A stretch of 32,000 nucleotides of DNA from Prochlorococcus sp. AG-442-B03 (GTDB lineage Bacteria; Cyanobacteriota; Cyanobacteriia; PCC-6307; Cyanobiaceae). The notes under the pieces were generated by a model that worked only from the letters and a program-made list of their open reading frames with translations, made no database searches and had not been told where the DNA came from. This document shows, one piece after another, positions 10,694-18,786 of the stretch. The stretch spans positions 164,354 through 196,353 of the forward strand of contig QCPU01000001.1 in assembly GCA_003212395.1 (NCBI GenBank), given 5' to 3'. A program made the position numbers and the translations under genes. Within the stretch, counting starts at the first letter, position 1. Each line of letters opens with the position of its first letter.

Positions 10694-10888
10694 TCAAGAA
10701 TTTGAAAACTTATTAAAAACTAATATTATTGTAACCAAAAGAGCTGGGCCAAAAACTAGTAACACGAGAAGAAAGTTATTAATTATTAAAACATTAGAAT
10801 TCAAGGATCCTATAAGTTTCAATAATCCAGACAGCATCAATGAAAGTAACCAAATAAAAAAGTATTTTAAATTTGCTTTATCGAACAA
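10694..10888 (-). CDS. Hypothetical small membrane protein with two predicted TM helices
   Basis: 64-codon ORF with a TTG start, lying 35 nt upstream of and co-oriented with argG. Two hydrophobic stretches: YFFIWLLSLMLSGLLKLIG and FLLVLLVFGPALLVTIILVF. I recognise no homology. Confidence 0.35.
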   Translation of the reverse strand: MFDKANLKYFFIWLLSLMLSGLLKLIGSLNSNVLIINNFLLVLLVFGPALLVTIILVFNKFSNS

Positions 10889-10941
10889 AGTTTTTAGTAT
10901 GCATCATTATGTATTATCTTATATATAGAACATAGCCCCTA

Positions 10942-11220
10942 ATGAATTCAAATAAACTAAAACTTAGAATAGACGATATCTCTGAAATCAATCCTGCTTT
11001 AACTTGTTACCACAGAGATGATCCTGCTCCCGTGTTGCCATTAAGAGATGAACCTGATCTCCTGTCTTGGCTTGAAAATACGGGAAGACTTGTTGCAGAA
11101 AAAGAAGGTGATTCACAAGAGATTAGTACTATAGAAGAAGAAGAACTTTCAGCACTAATGGGAGAAAAGGAAGATTATAAAATCGAAGAAGACCCCTCAG
11201 AAGATGATTGGGAAGATTAA
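10942..11220 (+). CDS. Conserved cyanobacterial hypothetical protein (DUF3134-like, acidic C-terminus)
   Basis: 92 aa. The NPAL..YHRDDPAPVLPLRDEPDLLSWLENTGRL segment resembles the cyanobacteria-restricted DUF3134 family as I recall it (unverified). Its 3' end overlaps the mraY start by 17 nt. Confidence 0.55.
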   Translation: MNSNKLKLRIDDISEINPALTCYHRDDPAPVLPLRDEPDLLSWLENTGRLVAEKEGDSQEISTIEEEELSALMGEKEDYKIEEDPSEDDWED

Positions 11221-12280
11221 AAAGTTTAACTTTAAATCGTTATTTATATTAAATACTTTTGCTTTAATAGTAACTTCTTATTTTTTTAATAATTTTAATT
11301 TTATAGGAGTTTTTACATTATTTTTTTTTATTTCTTTATTCACAACAAAGAATGGTCTAGAAATGATAAAAAAATTAAATTTACTCCAAAATATTAAAAT
11401 TGGAGCCCCTGTTAATCACTATAAAAAGAGTGATACACCAACAATGGGTGGGGTTTTTATGATAATCCCTTTTTTAATTTTTCTTTTGATAATAACTATA
11501 AATTTAGGTTCTCTAAAATTTTTCCTTTTATTCCTGACTATTTTGGGTTTCTTTTTTACAGGGTTTTTGGATGATTATTTAAGTATTAAAAACAAAGAAA
11601 ATACAGGGTTAAAAACAATGGAGAAATTCATACTACAAAGTATCATCTCAATAACTTTTATATTGATAGCCTATGAAAAAAATTTAATAGATCCATTAAT
11701 TACAATATCTGACTCCTGGGAAATAAATATGAATATTTTCATATTGCCAATTGCTTTTTTGGTACTAGTTGGCATAAGTAATTCAGTAAATTTGACTGAT
11801 GGATTAGATGGGTTAGCAGCTGGATGCAGTGGAATCGTCTTTTATGGATTAGGAACAGAAATATTAATGAAAGAACAGCAAGAGTTTTTAGTTTTTAGTA
11901 TCTTATGTTATGCAATGTCCGGCATATGTTTAGGATTTCTCAAGTACAATAATTATCCTGCAAAAATTTTTATGGGTGACACAGGATCTCTAAGTATTGG
12001 TGCTATTTTAGGTTCTATAGCGTTATTAACCAATAGCGTTTTTACCCTATCTATTTTCTCAGGAGTATTTATTATTGAAGCACTTTCAGTAATAATTCAA
12101 GTAGGGGTTTTTAAAATTACAAAAAAGTTATTTCACAGAGGTAAACGTATTTTTTTAATGGCTCCACTGCACCACCATTTTGAACTTAAAGGAGTAAAGG
12201 AACAAAAAATAGTTGAAAATTTTTGGAAAATCAACGTTTTACTTATAATTTTAGGTATAGTTTTAAAAATCAATCTTTAA
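11204..12280 (+). CDS. mraY: Phospho-N-acetylmuramoyl-pentapeptide transferase
   Basis: 358-aa polytopic membrane protein. Motifs: TPTMGG, GFLDDY, NSVNLTDGLDGLAAG, FMGDTGSLSIGA, MAPLHHHFELKG. Confidence 0.93.
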   Translation: MIGKIKKFNFKSLFILNTFALIVTSYFFNNFNFIGVFTLFFFISLFTTKNGLEMIKKLNLLQNIKIGAPVNHYKKSDTPTMGGVFMIIPFLIFLLIITINLGSLKFFLLFLTILGFFFTGFLDDYLSIKNKENTGLKTMEKFILQSIISITFILIAYEKNLIDPLITISDSWEINMNIFILPIAFLVLVGISNSVNLTDGLDGLAAGCSGIVFYGLGTEILMKEQQEFLVFSILCYAMSGICLGFLKYNNYPAKIFMGDTGSLSIGAILGSIALLTNSVFTLSIFSGVFIIEALSVIIQVGVFKITKKLFHRGKRIFLMAPLHHHFELKGVKEQKIVENFWKINVLLIILGIVLKINL

Positions 12281-12290
12281 AAAATTTGTT

Positions 12291-12536
12291 ATGAGTTTTT
12301 TTACATGGAAAGATAATGGATTAACAAGTGACTGCTCTAGTCTTGATGCAATGGCATCAAGATTTGAAGAAAGTGCTAACTTAATGAAAAAACTATCTAA
12401 GAAGGGGTTCAGACTAAAAAAAACTGATAACAATCAACTAATTCTTCACCCTGATCCTAAAGTATTTGATCAATGGGGTTTTATAAGTGAAGAACTTCCT
12501 TTTAAACAACTCTGTTTAATAACAGATGAAGAATAA
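12291..12536 (+). CDS. Hypothetical protein, 81 aa
   Basis: ATG-initiated ORF 10 nt after the mraY stop, with non-repetitive, globular-looking composition. Its last 67 nt overlap the 3' end of the convergent sps gene. No family recognised. Confidence 0.45.
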   Translation: MSFFTWKDNGLTSDCSSLDAMASRFEESANLMKKLSKKGFRLKKTDNNQLILHPDPKVFDQWGFISEELPFKQLCLITDEE

Positions 12537-13879
12537 CTATTTGACCTTAAAAATTCTTCGGTCAGTATTGATAAATAATTTCGTACATGAGTGTTCCAAC
12601 TAAAGTGCCTGTTAACACCCTCAATTCCATTTCTGCTCCATAATTTCCATTGACTATTATTAGAAATTCCTTTTTCAAGAATAACTTTCAACTCATTAAT
12701 ATCAGTGACATCTACTAGAAGCCCATTTTCACATTTTGAGCGAATTTCTTTTGGTCCTCCATCATTTGTTGATATTATTGGCAATCCACATGAAGAAGCT
12801 TCAAGCAGGGTTAAACCAAAAGGCTCTGTTAAAGCTGGATTTACAAATACACCACCTCTGCTAGCAGCCCACCTATATAAAGCAGGTATCTGACTTGGAA
12901 GATGTTTTTTTGGATAAGCTACCTTTCCATACAAATTATATTTATCAATTGTTTCAAAAATATTATTGAAAACATCTTTTTGTTGAGGGTCAAGTTTTGA
13001 AGTACTATCTCGACAACCCAAAATTAAAATTAAATTAGTTTTTCTTTTTAATTTTTCAGATCTTCCATATGCCTCAATCAAAGAAGGAATATTTTTTCTT
13101 CGAACAGCTCTAGAAATATTCAATAATGGAGGTTTAGTAGAATCCTTTAGAAAAGGTTTCATCATATTCTCAATTTCAGCTGTCTCTGTTGTCGAGTGGA
13201 TATGGTGAAACTTATTATGATCAACACCAGGAGGAATTACTCTAGCTTTGTGAGGTGAAAAAGAAGAATATTGGGAATATTGATACACTGATTCTTGTTT
13301 AGTGCTTGTAACAACAATATCAGCAGATTTCAATGCTTTTTCTTCTGCCTCAATTCTTGTACTTATGGAATAAAGCTTTTCTATTTGATTAGTTTTTAAA
13401 CCAGTATCAAGCAATTTCCTTTTTTTCTCTCTTCCTAAAGAATGACCAGTAAAAATAAGTGGAACTTTTAAGGTTTTACTTAGTTTAACTCCTACATATC
13501 CAGCATCTGCATAATGTGCATGAATGAAATTAGGCTTTTTGTTTTTTTTATAGTAAGAAATTAGGGTTTCAGTTAAATGATCTAAATAAGGCCAAAGCAA
13601 TTCCTTTTTTAAATATTTATTAGGTCCAAATTTGAATCTTAAAATTTTAACTCCGGGTTCTACGAATTCTTCTTGTTGAGAATATTCATCGTCTACTTTA
13701 GGATCGTTTATTAAACGAGTAACTAAATCTACTTGATCAACTTCTGACGTATTAGCCAAACTTTTAACTAACTCTAAAACGTATTGTGTTTGCCCTCCTG
13801 TATCTGCATCCCTGCCTAACTCAAGATTTTTAGAACGTATAAGACCATGTAAATGTAAATGTAAAAAATTCAACCTCAT
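12470..13879 (-). CDS. sps: Sucrose-phosphate synthase, glycosyltransferase-domain-only form (GT4 family)
   Basis: 469 aa. N-terminal HGLIRSKNLELGRDADTGGQTQYVLELVKSL is typical of SPS/SuSy-type GT-B enzymes. C-terminal EPFGLTLLEA is the GT4 catalytic motif. No SPP-like domain is present. Confidence 0.82.
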   Translation of the reverse strand: MRLNFLHLHLHGLIRSKNLELGRDADTGGQTQYVLELVKSLANTSEVDQVDLVTRLINDPKVDDEYSQQEEFVEPGVKILRFKFGPNKYLKKELLWPYLDHLTETLISYYKKNKKPNFIHAHYADAGYVGVKLSKTLKVPLIFTGHSLGREKKRKLLDTGLKTNQIEKLYSISTRIEAEEKALKSADIVVTSTKQESVYQYSQYSSFSPHKARVIPPGVDHNKFHHIHSTTETAEIENMMKPFLKDSTKPPLLNISRAVRRKNIPSLIEAYGRSEKLKRKTNLILILGCRDSTSKLDPQQKDVFNNIFETIDKYNLYGKVAYPKKHLPSQIPALYRWAASRGGVFVNPALTEPFGLTLLEASSCGLPIISTNDGGPKEIRSKCENGLLVDVTDINELKVILEKGISNNSQWKLWSRNGIEGVNRHFSWNTHVRNYLSILTEEFLRSNSYSSSVIKQSCLKGSSSLIKPH

Positions 13880-13886
13880 TCAGCAA

Positions 13887-13892
13887 TCCTCC
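13887..13892 (-). promoter_or_regulatory. Shine-Dalgarno-like GGAGGA, 7 nt upstream of the sps ATG
   Basis: The minus strand reads GGAGGATTGCTGAATG. This is a strong SD for a window where most genes show none. Confidence 0.5.
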
Positions 13893-14080
13893 GTTCAAAG
13901 GTATTTAATACAAATAAACTGGATTTTTAATGGAAATATTAAGAAAGCATTATGATTTTAGATATTATATGTACAAAATTTTTAAAAAAAGGAGTTGTGG
14001 ACTAATTTTATGCCCCTCTAGAAAAAACTTTCGTTTCGCTGAAATAATTAAAATTACAAAGAAATACAACAAAGATTATC

Positions 14081-16984
14081 TTATTTTAGAACCTTTTTAA
14101 GATATTTTGCTGTATGACTTGTAGGATTTTTAGCTACATCCTCAGGAATACCTTCTGCAATAATTTCTCCACCTTTATCCCCTCCATCAGGTCCTAAATC
14201 GATAATCCAATCTGAACATCTAATAACATCTAAATTATGTTCAATAACAATTACTGAATTACCTTTATCTACCAAACGTTGTATCACATCCATTAGTTTA
14301 TGAACATCATAAAAACTTAACCCTGTAGTTGGTTCATCAATCAAATATAAAGTTTTTCCAGTTGCCCTTTTTGATAATTCCGTAGCTAACTTAACTCTTT
14401 GAGCCTCTCCACCAGATAATGTAGGAGCTGGTTGGCCTAATTTAACATATCCTAATCCGACATCTACCAATGTAGATAATCTATCAGAAGCTTGAGGTAT
14501 AGCAGAGAAAATTTCAGCAGCTTGTTCAACAGTCATCTCTAAAACATCTGATATATTAAAACCTTTATATTTAACTTGAAGAGTTTCTCTATTAAAACGA
14601 GCTCCTTTACATACCTCACATTGAACATATACATCAGGTAAAAAATTCATTTCAATAACATTGACTCCCTGGCCTTTACAAGCTTCGCATCTTCCACCTT
14701 TCACATTAAAGCTAAATTGACCAGCTTGGTAACCTCTTGCTTTTGCTTCTACTGTGGCAGTAAATATCTGCCTTATAGGGTCAAAAGCGCCGGTATATGT
14801 AGCAGGATTTGATCTTGGAGTTCTTCCTATTGGAGATTGATCAATAACGATAACTTTATCAATTGCTTTTATACCCTTTAACTCTTTTACACCTTGAGGA
14901 AAAGGGACTTTTAATCCTAGAGAATGACACAATGCAGGATGAAGTAATTCGTTTATCAAGGTACTCTTCCCACTTCCACTCACACCAGTTACAGAAACTA
15001 ATCTTCCTAAAGGAAATTCCACAGAAATATTTTTTAAATTATTTTTAAAACAATTACTTAAAATTAAACTTTTTTTAACAGATGATCTACGTTCTTTTGG
15101 AGTAGGAATCGACTTCCTGCCACTGAGATAAGCTCCAGTTAATGACTTTTCTGAATTTAAGACATCTTGATAAGATCCTTTAGCAATAATTTCCCCACCA
15201 TAAACACCTGCACCTGGACCAATATCTACTAAATAATCTGCAGATTTCATAGTATCTTCATCATGTTCAACCACAACCAAAGTATTTCCCAAATCTCTTA
15301 AGCTCTTTAATGTTTCTAATAATCTATCATTGTCTCTCTGATGCAAACCAATACTTGGTTCATCTAATACATATAAAACACCAGTTAGACCTGCACCTAT
15401 TTGTGTAGCCAATCTAATACGCTGAGCCTCACCACCAGACAAGGTCATAGCTGGTCTATCTAAAGTCAAATAATCTAAACCTACATTAATTAAAAACTTC
15501 AAACGTAAACGAATCTCTTTTAAAACCAATTCGCCTATCTGCTTTTGTTTTGCTGTTAAAGATATATTATCCTCCTTTTTCTTATCTAAGCCCATAATGC
15601 GTTCTACGTGATTTAGGGTTTCAGAAACGCTGATAGAAGTTAAGTCAGTAATGTTGTATGGACCAAGTTTAACGGCCAAAGCCTCAGGTCTTAATCTTTT
15701 TCCAGAACATGTCTTACAGGGAACTAATTCTAAGTATTTTTCTAATTTTTGTTTAACTGATTCTCCAGTAGCTTCATTTAATTGCCTTTCTAATATTGGT
15801 AAAATTCCCTCAAAAGGTCTTTCAAACCCACTAGAAGTTTTAAAGCGACTATCAGCTTGAATTAATATTGGTTTATCTGATCCCAAAAGTAGAACTTTTT
15901 TTTGCAAATCACTTAAATCTTTCCAAGGAGTTTTTAATTCAAAACCATAAGCTTGTCCTACAGAATAAAGTAAAGAGAAGTAATAAGTATTATCTTTTTC
16001 ACTCCAAGGAGCTATTGCAGCATAAACAGGTAATGTTTTATCAGGTATAACTCTATCCGCAGTAAATTTTTTTAAATAACCAATCCCATGACAATCTGGA
16101 CAAGCCCCATATGGGCTATTAAAAGAAAATAATCTAGGAGAGAGTTCTTCAACAATAGATCCATGTACGGGGCATGCATAATTTTCTGAGTAAAGTTTTT
16201 CTCTCTCTAAGTTAGAAGGTAAGTTTTCTCCTTTTTTTGGAACAACTTCTACTATTGCTAAACCATCCCCTCTTTTTAGACAAGTTTGTAGAGAATCATT
16301 TAATCTTTCTTGTATCCCCTCTCTTGCAATTAATCTATCAACTACGACTTCAATATTATGAATTTGATTTTTATCTAATTCAATACTGTCAGCAAGTTCT
16401 CTTACCTCTCCATTGATTCTTACCCTAGCAAATCCTTCAGCAGCTAGTCCGCTTATTAATTTTGTATGTGTTCCTTTCTTACCTCTTACAACAGGAGCCA
16501 ACAATTGATACCTTGTTCCTTCTGGTAAAAGAAGAATTTGATCCACCATTTCATCAATTGTTTGAGGCGCAATTGGAATCCCACAATGGTGACAATGAGG
16601 TTCACCAGCACGACCAAACAATAATCTTAAATAATCTTGTATTTCCGTTACTGTTCCAACTGTTGATCGAGGATTATGACTTGTAGATTTTTGATCAATT
16701 GAAATAGCAGGTGATAAACCTTCAATATTGTCAACATCTGGTTTATCTACTTGACCCAAAAATTGCCTTGCGTATGCAGAAAGACTCTCAACATATCTTC
16801 TTTGACCTTCAGCAAAAATAGTATCAAAGGCCAGAGAACTTTTACCACTTCCACTCACACCTGTAAAAACTATAAATTTATTCCTAGGTAGAGAAAGATC
16901 AATATTTTTTAAATTATGCTGACGAGCTCCCCTAATATTAATTGAGTTATCTGCTCCAAAACTACTATCAGCTTTATTAACCAT
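14081..16984 (-). CDS. uvrA: Excinuclease ABC subunit A
   Basis: 967 aa. Two ABC ATPase modules (GVSGSGKSS and GVSGSGKST Walker A; LSGGEAQR signatures twice) and zinc-finger Cys clusters (CPDCHG, CKTCSG, CEACKGQG, CEVCKG). Confidence 0.96.
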   Translation of the reverse strand: MVNKADSSFGADNSINIRGARQHNLKNIDLSLPRNKFIVFTGVSGSGKSSLAFDTIFAEGQRRYVESLSAYARQFLGQVDKPDVDNIEGLSPAISIDQKSTSHNPRSTVGTVTEIQDYLRLLFGRAGEPHCHHCGIPIAPQTIDEMVDQILLLPEGTRYQLLAPVVRGKKGTHTKLISGLAAEGFARVRINGEVRELADSIELDKNQIHNIEVVVDRLIAREGIQERLNDSLQTCLKRGDGLAIVEVVPKKGENLPSNLEREKLYSENYACPVHGSIVEELSPRLFSFNSPYGACPDCHGIGYLKKFTADRVIPDKTLPVYAAIAPWSEKDNTYYFSLLYSVGQAYGFELKTPWKDLSDLQKKVLLLGSDKPILIQADSRFKTSSGFERPFEGILPILERQLNEATGESVKQKLEKYLELVPCKTCSGKRLRPEALAVKLGPYNITDLTSISVSETLNHVERIMGLDKKKEDNISLTAKQKQIGELVLKEIRLRLKFLINVGLDYLTLDRPAMTLSGGEAQRIRLATQIGAGLTGVLYVLDEPSIGLHQRDNDRLLETLKSLRDLGNTLVVVEHDEDTMKSADYLVDIGPGAGVYGGEIIAKGSYQDVLNSEKSLTGAYLSGRKSIPTPKERRSSVKKSLILSNCFKNNLKNISVEFPLGRLVSVTGVSGSGKSTLINELLHPALCHSLGLKVPFPQGVKELKGIKAIDKVIVIDQSPIGRTPRSNPATYTGAFDPIRQIFTATVEAKARGYQAGQFSFNVKGGRCEACKGQGVNVIEMNFLPDVYVQCEVCKGARFNRETLQVKYKGFNISDVLEMTVEQAAEIFSAIPQASDRLSTLVDVGLGYVKLGQPAPTLSGGEAQRVKLATELSKRATGKTLYLIDEPTTGLSFYDVHKLMDVIQRLVDKGNSVIVIEHNLDVIRCSDWIIDLGPDGGDKGGEIIAEGIPEDVAKNPTSHTAKYLKKVLK

Positions 16985-17038
16985 GTTTAAATCTAAATTA
17001 TGATTTAAAAAGACTATTATAGTAAAAAATTTTTTATT

Positions 17039-18718
17039 TTACGCAGCTGAGCGATCAAGAAGTCTAGAAGCATATTCGTTTACTTCGCATGAACCTCCAC
17101 CTATAAGTTCAATTAGTTCATTTTTTCTTTGATTTTTTGTAGTTAGTTTTGCAATTGAAGTATAAGTTATCCCATTAATTACGTTTTTATTAACTTTGAA
17201 ATGAGCTGATCCCCTAGCAGCAAGGAATGGCTGATGTGTAATACATAAGACTTGTTGATTTTTAGAAATTTCTTTTATAAGCTCCACCAAAGAAAATAGA
17301 GATTTACCACTTAAACCACTATCAATTTCATCTAAAAAGAAAGTATTGGGTTTTTTAGAAATACTAGATTTAATAGCTAACAAGAATCTTGACATTTCTC
17401 CGCCAGAAATAACATTTGATAATGGTGCAAGTTTCTGATCAGGATTAGCCGAAAACAAAAAATTTATATCATCCATTCCATCTCCAGAAGGCTTACACTC
17501 AGAAAATTGAATTGAAAAAGTTGCATTTTCTAAACCTAGATTGCTTAAAATTGACATTACTGAATTTTGTAACTGTTTAGCAATTTTTTTTCTTTCAGTA
17601 GATTGAATAACAAATAAAGAATTTAGATTACTTTGTAAATTCTCAATTTGAGCTTTAATCATGGAAATCTCATTGCCTTGATCATTTTGTTGAAAATACG
17701 TTTTTAATTGATCGCGCTTTTCAATTAATTGAGTTAGATCCAATGAAAAAGTTCTCTCTAAGTTTTTTAAAAAGAATAATCTTTTTTGTATTTCTGGAAG
17801 ATTAGATTCATAATTTTCTATTTCTTGCAAATATGATTTTAGATCAAAAATTAAATCTTCAACATCAGCATGAATGTTTAATAACTTCTCTCTAAATTTT
17901 TGAATCTTTAAATCGAAATCTGCTGTTTTATTTAAAATCTTTAGTGATTGATTTATAAAAGAAGTTACTGAGGGTTCATCATGACTGAAATTATTTAAAT
18001 TTTCTAATGATGATTGAATTGAATTATTAATTTCAAGATTATTTAAAAGTTTATTTTCTAATAACTCTAGTTCTAAAATTTCTTCACTTGAATTTAAATC
18101 AGCTTCTTCTAAACTCTTCAACATATGTTTAATTGCCAAATTTTTTTCTTCTTGCTTCCTAGAAAATTCTATTTTTTCATCCATTAAACCTTTTAAAACT
18201 TTAGTTTCTCCCCATATACTTTTAATCCTTTCGCTAGTATCTCTTGATTCTTGAGAACTTAAGTCATCAATAATTAGTCTTCTCTTATCTAAAGAATCAA
18301 AAATAAAGGTGTCAGATTGACCTGCAAAATCTATTAGAAATCCTCTAAGTTTTTCTAATGATTGTCTATTAATTGGTAGATTATTAAGGGTATATTTGGA
18401 TATGATTTTTTTATTTTTTTTATAAGATTTTCTCTTAATTTGTAGTTCTGAAGAAGATATTTCAAAACCATTACTAATTAACCAATTATTGATTTGAAAA
18501 GAAGAAGAAAATATCGCCTCAATAACGCAAAAATCTTTTCCTGGACGTATTAAATGTTTTAGAGGTATATTAGTTCCACCAAATAAAGCATTTAGGGAAT
18601 CCAAAATTAATGATTTTCCTGAACCTGAATCCCCAGTTATGATATTCAAACCTTTTTCAAAATTAATTTCTATAATTTCAATTAAGGCTATATTCTCTAT
18701 TCTTAGTTTTATTAACAT
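17039..18718 (-). CDS. recN: DNA repair protein RecN (SMC-like ATPase)
   Basis: 559 aa. Walker A GDSGSGKS at the N-terminus, a long coiled-coil middle, then ISGGEMSRFLLA and FFLDEIDSGLSG at the C-terminus. Confidence 0.88.
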   Translation of the reverse strand: MLIKLRIENIALIEIIEINFEKGLNIITGDSGSGKSLILDSLNALFGGTNIPLKHLIRPGKDFCVIEAIFSSSFQINNWLISNGFEISSSELQIKRKSYKKNKKIISKYTLNNLPINRQSLEKLRGFLIDFAGQSDTFIFDSLDKRRLIIDDLSSQESRDTSERIKSIWGETKVLKGLMDEKIEFSRKQEEKNLAIKHMLKSLEEADLNSSEEILELELLENKLLNNLEINNSIQSSLENLNNFSHDEPSVTSFINQSLKILNKTADFDLKIQKFREKLLNIHADVEDLIFDLKSYLQEIENYESNLPEIQKRLFFLKNLERTFSLDLTQLIEKRDQLKTYFQQNDQGNEISMIKAQIENLQSNLNSLFVIQSTERKKIAKQLQNSVMSILSNLGLENATFSIQFSECKPSGDGMDDINFLFSANPDQKLAPLSNVISGGEMSRFLLAIKSSISKKPNTFFLDEIDSGLSGKSLFSLVELIKEISKNQQVLCITHQPFLAARGSAHFKVNKNVINGITYTSIAKLTTKNQRKNELIELIGGGSCEVNEYASRLLDRSAA

Positions 18719-18786
18719 GATAAATCTTCCATATAAAAAAATTAACTCCTTTTTTAAAAAAATAAAGGTTTTAAATATATAAAGTT

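Noticed and set aside
13930-14100. 56-codon K/R-rich plus-strand ORF in the sps-uvrA spacer, considered as a real gene.
   Set aside because: It has no SD, no recognisable family and a composition typical of translated AT-rich DNA, and it runs into the uvrA 3' end. I kept it only as a note within the spacer finding.
16985-18786. Searched the recN and uvrA upstream regions (18719-18786 and 16985-17038) for cyanobacterial LexA/SOS boxes (RGTAC-N3-DGTWC-like).
   Set aside because: Neither spacer contains a GTAC-containing dyad. Only a plausible TATAAT (complement of 17016-17021) lies upstream of uvrA. There is no evidence of SOS-box control here.
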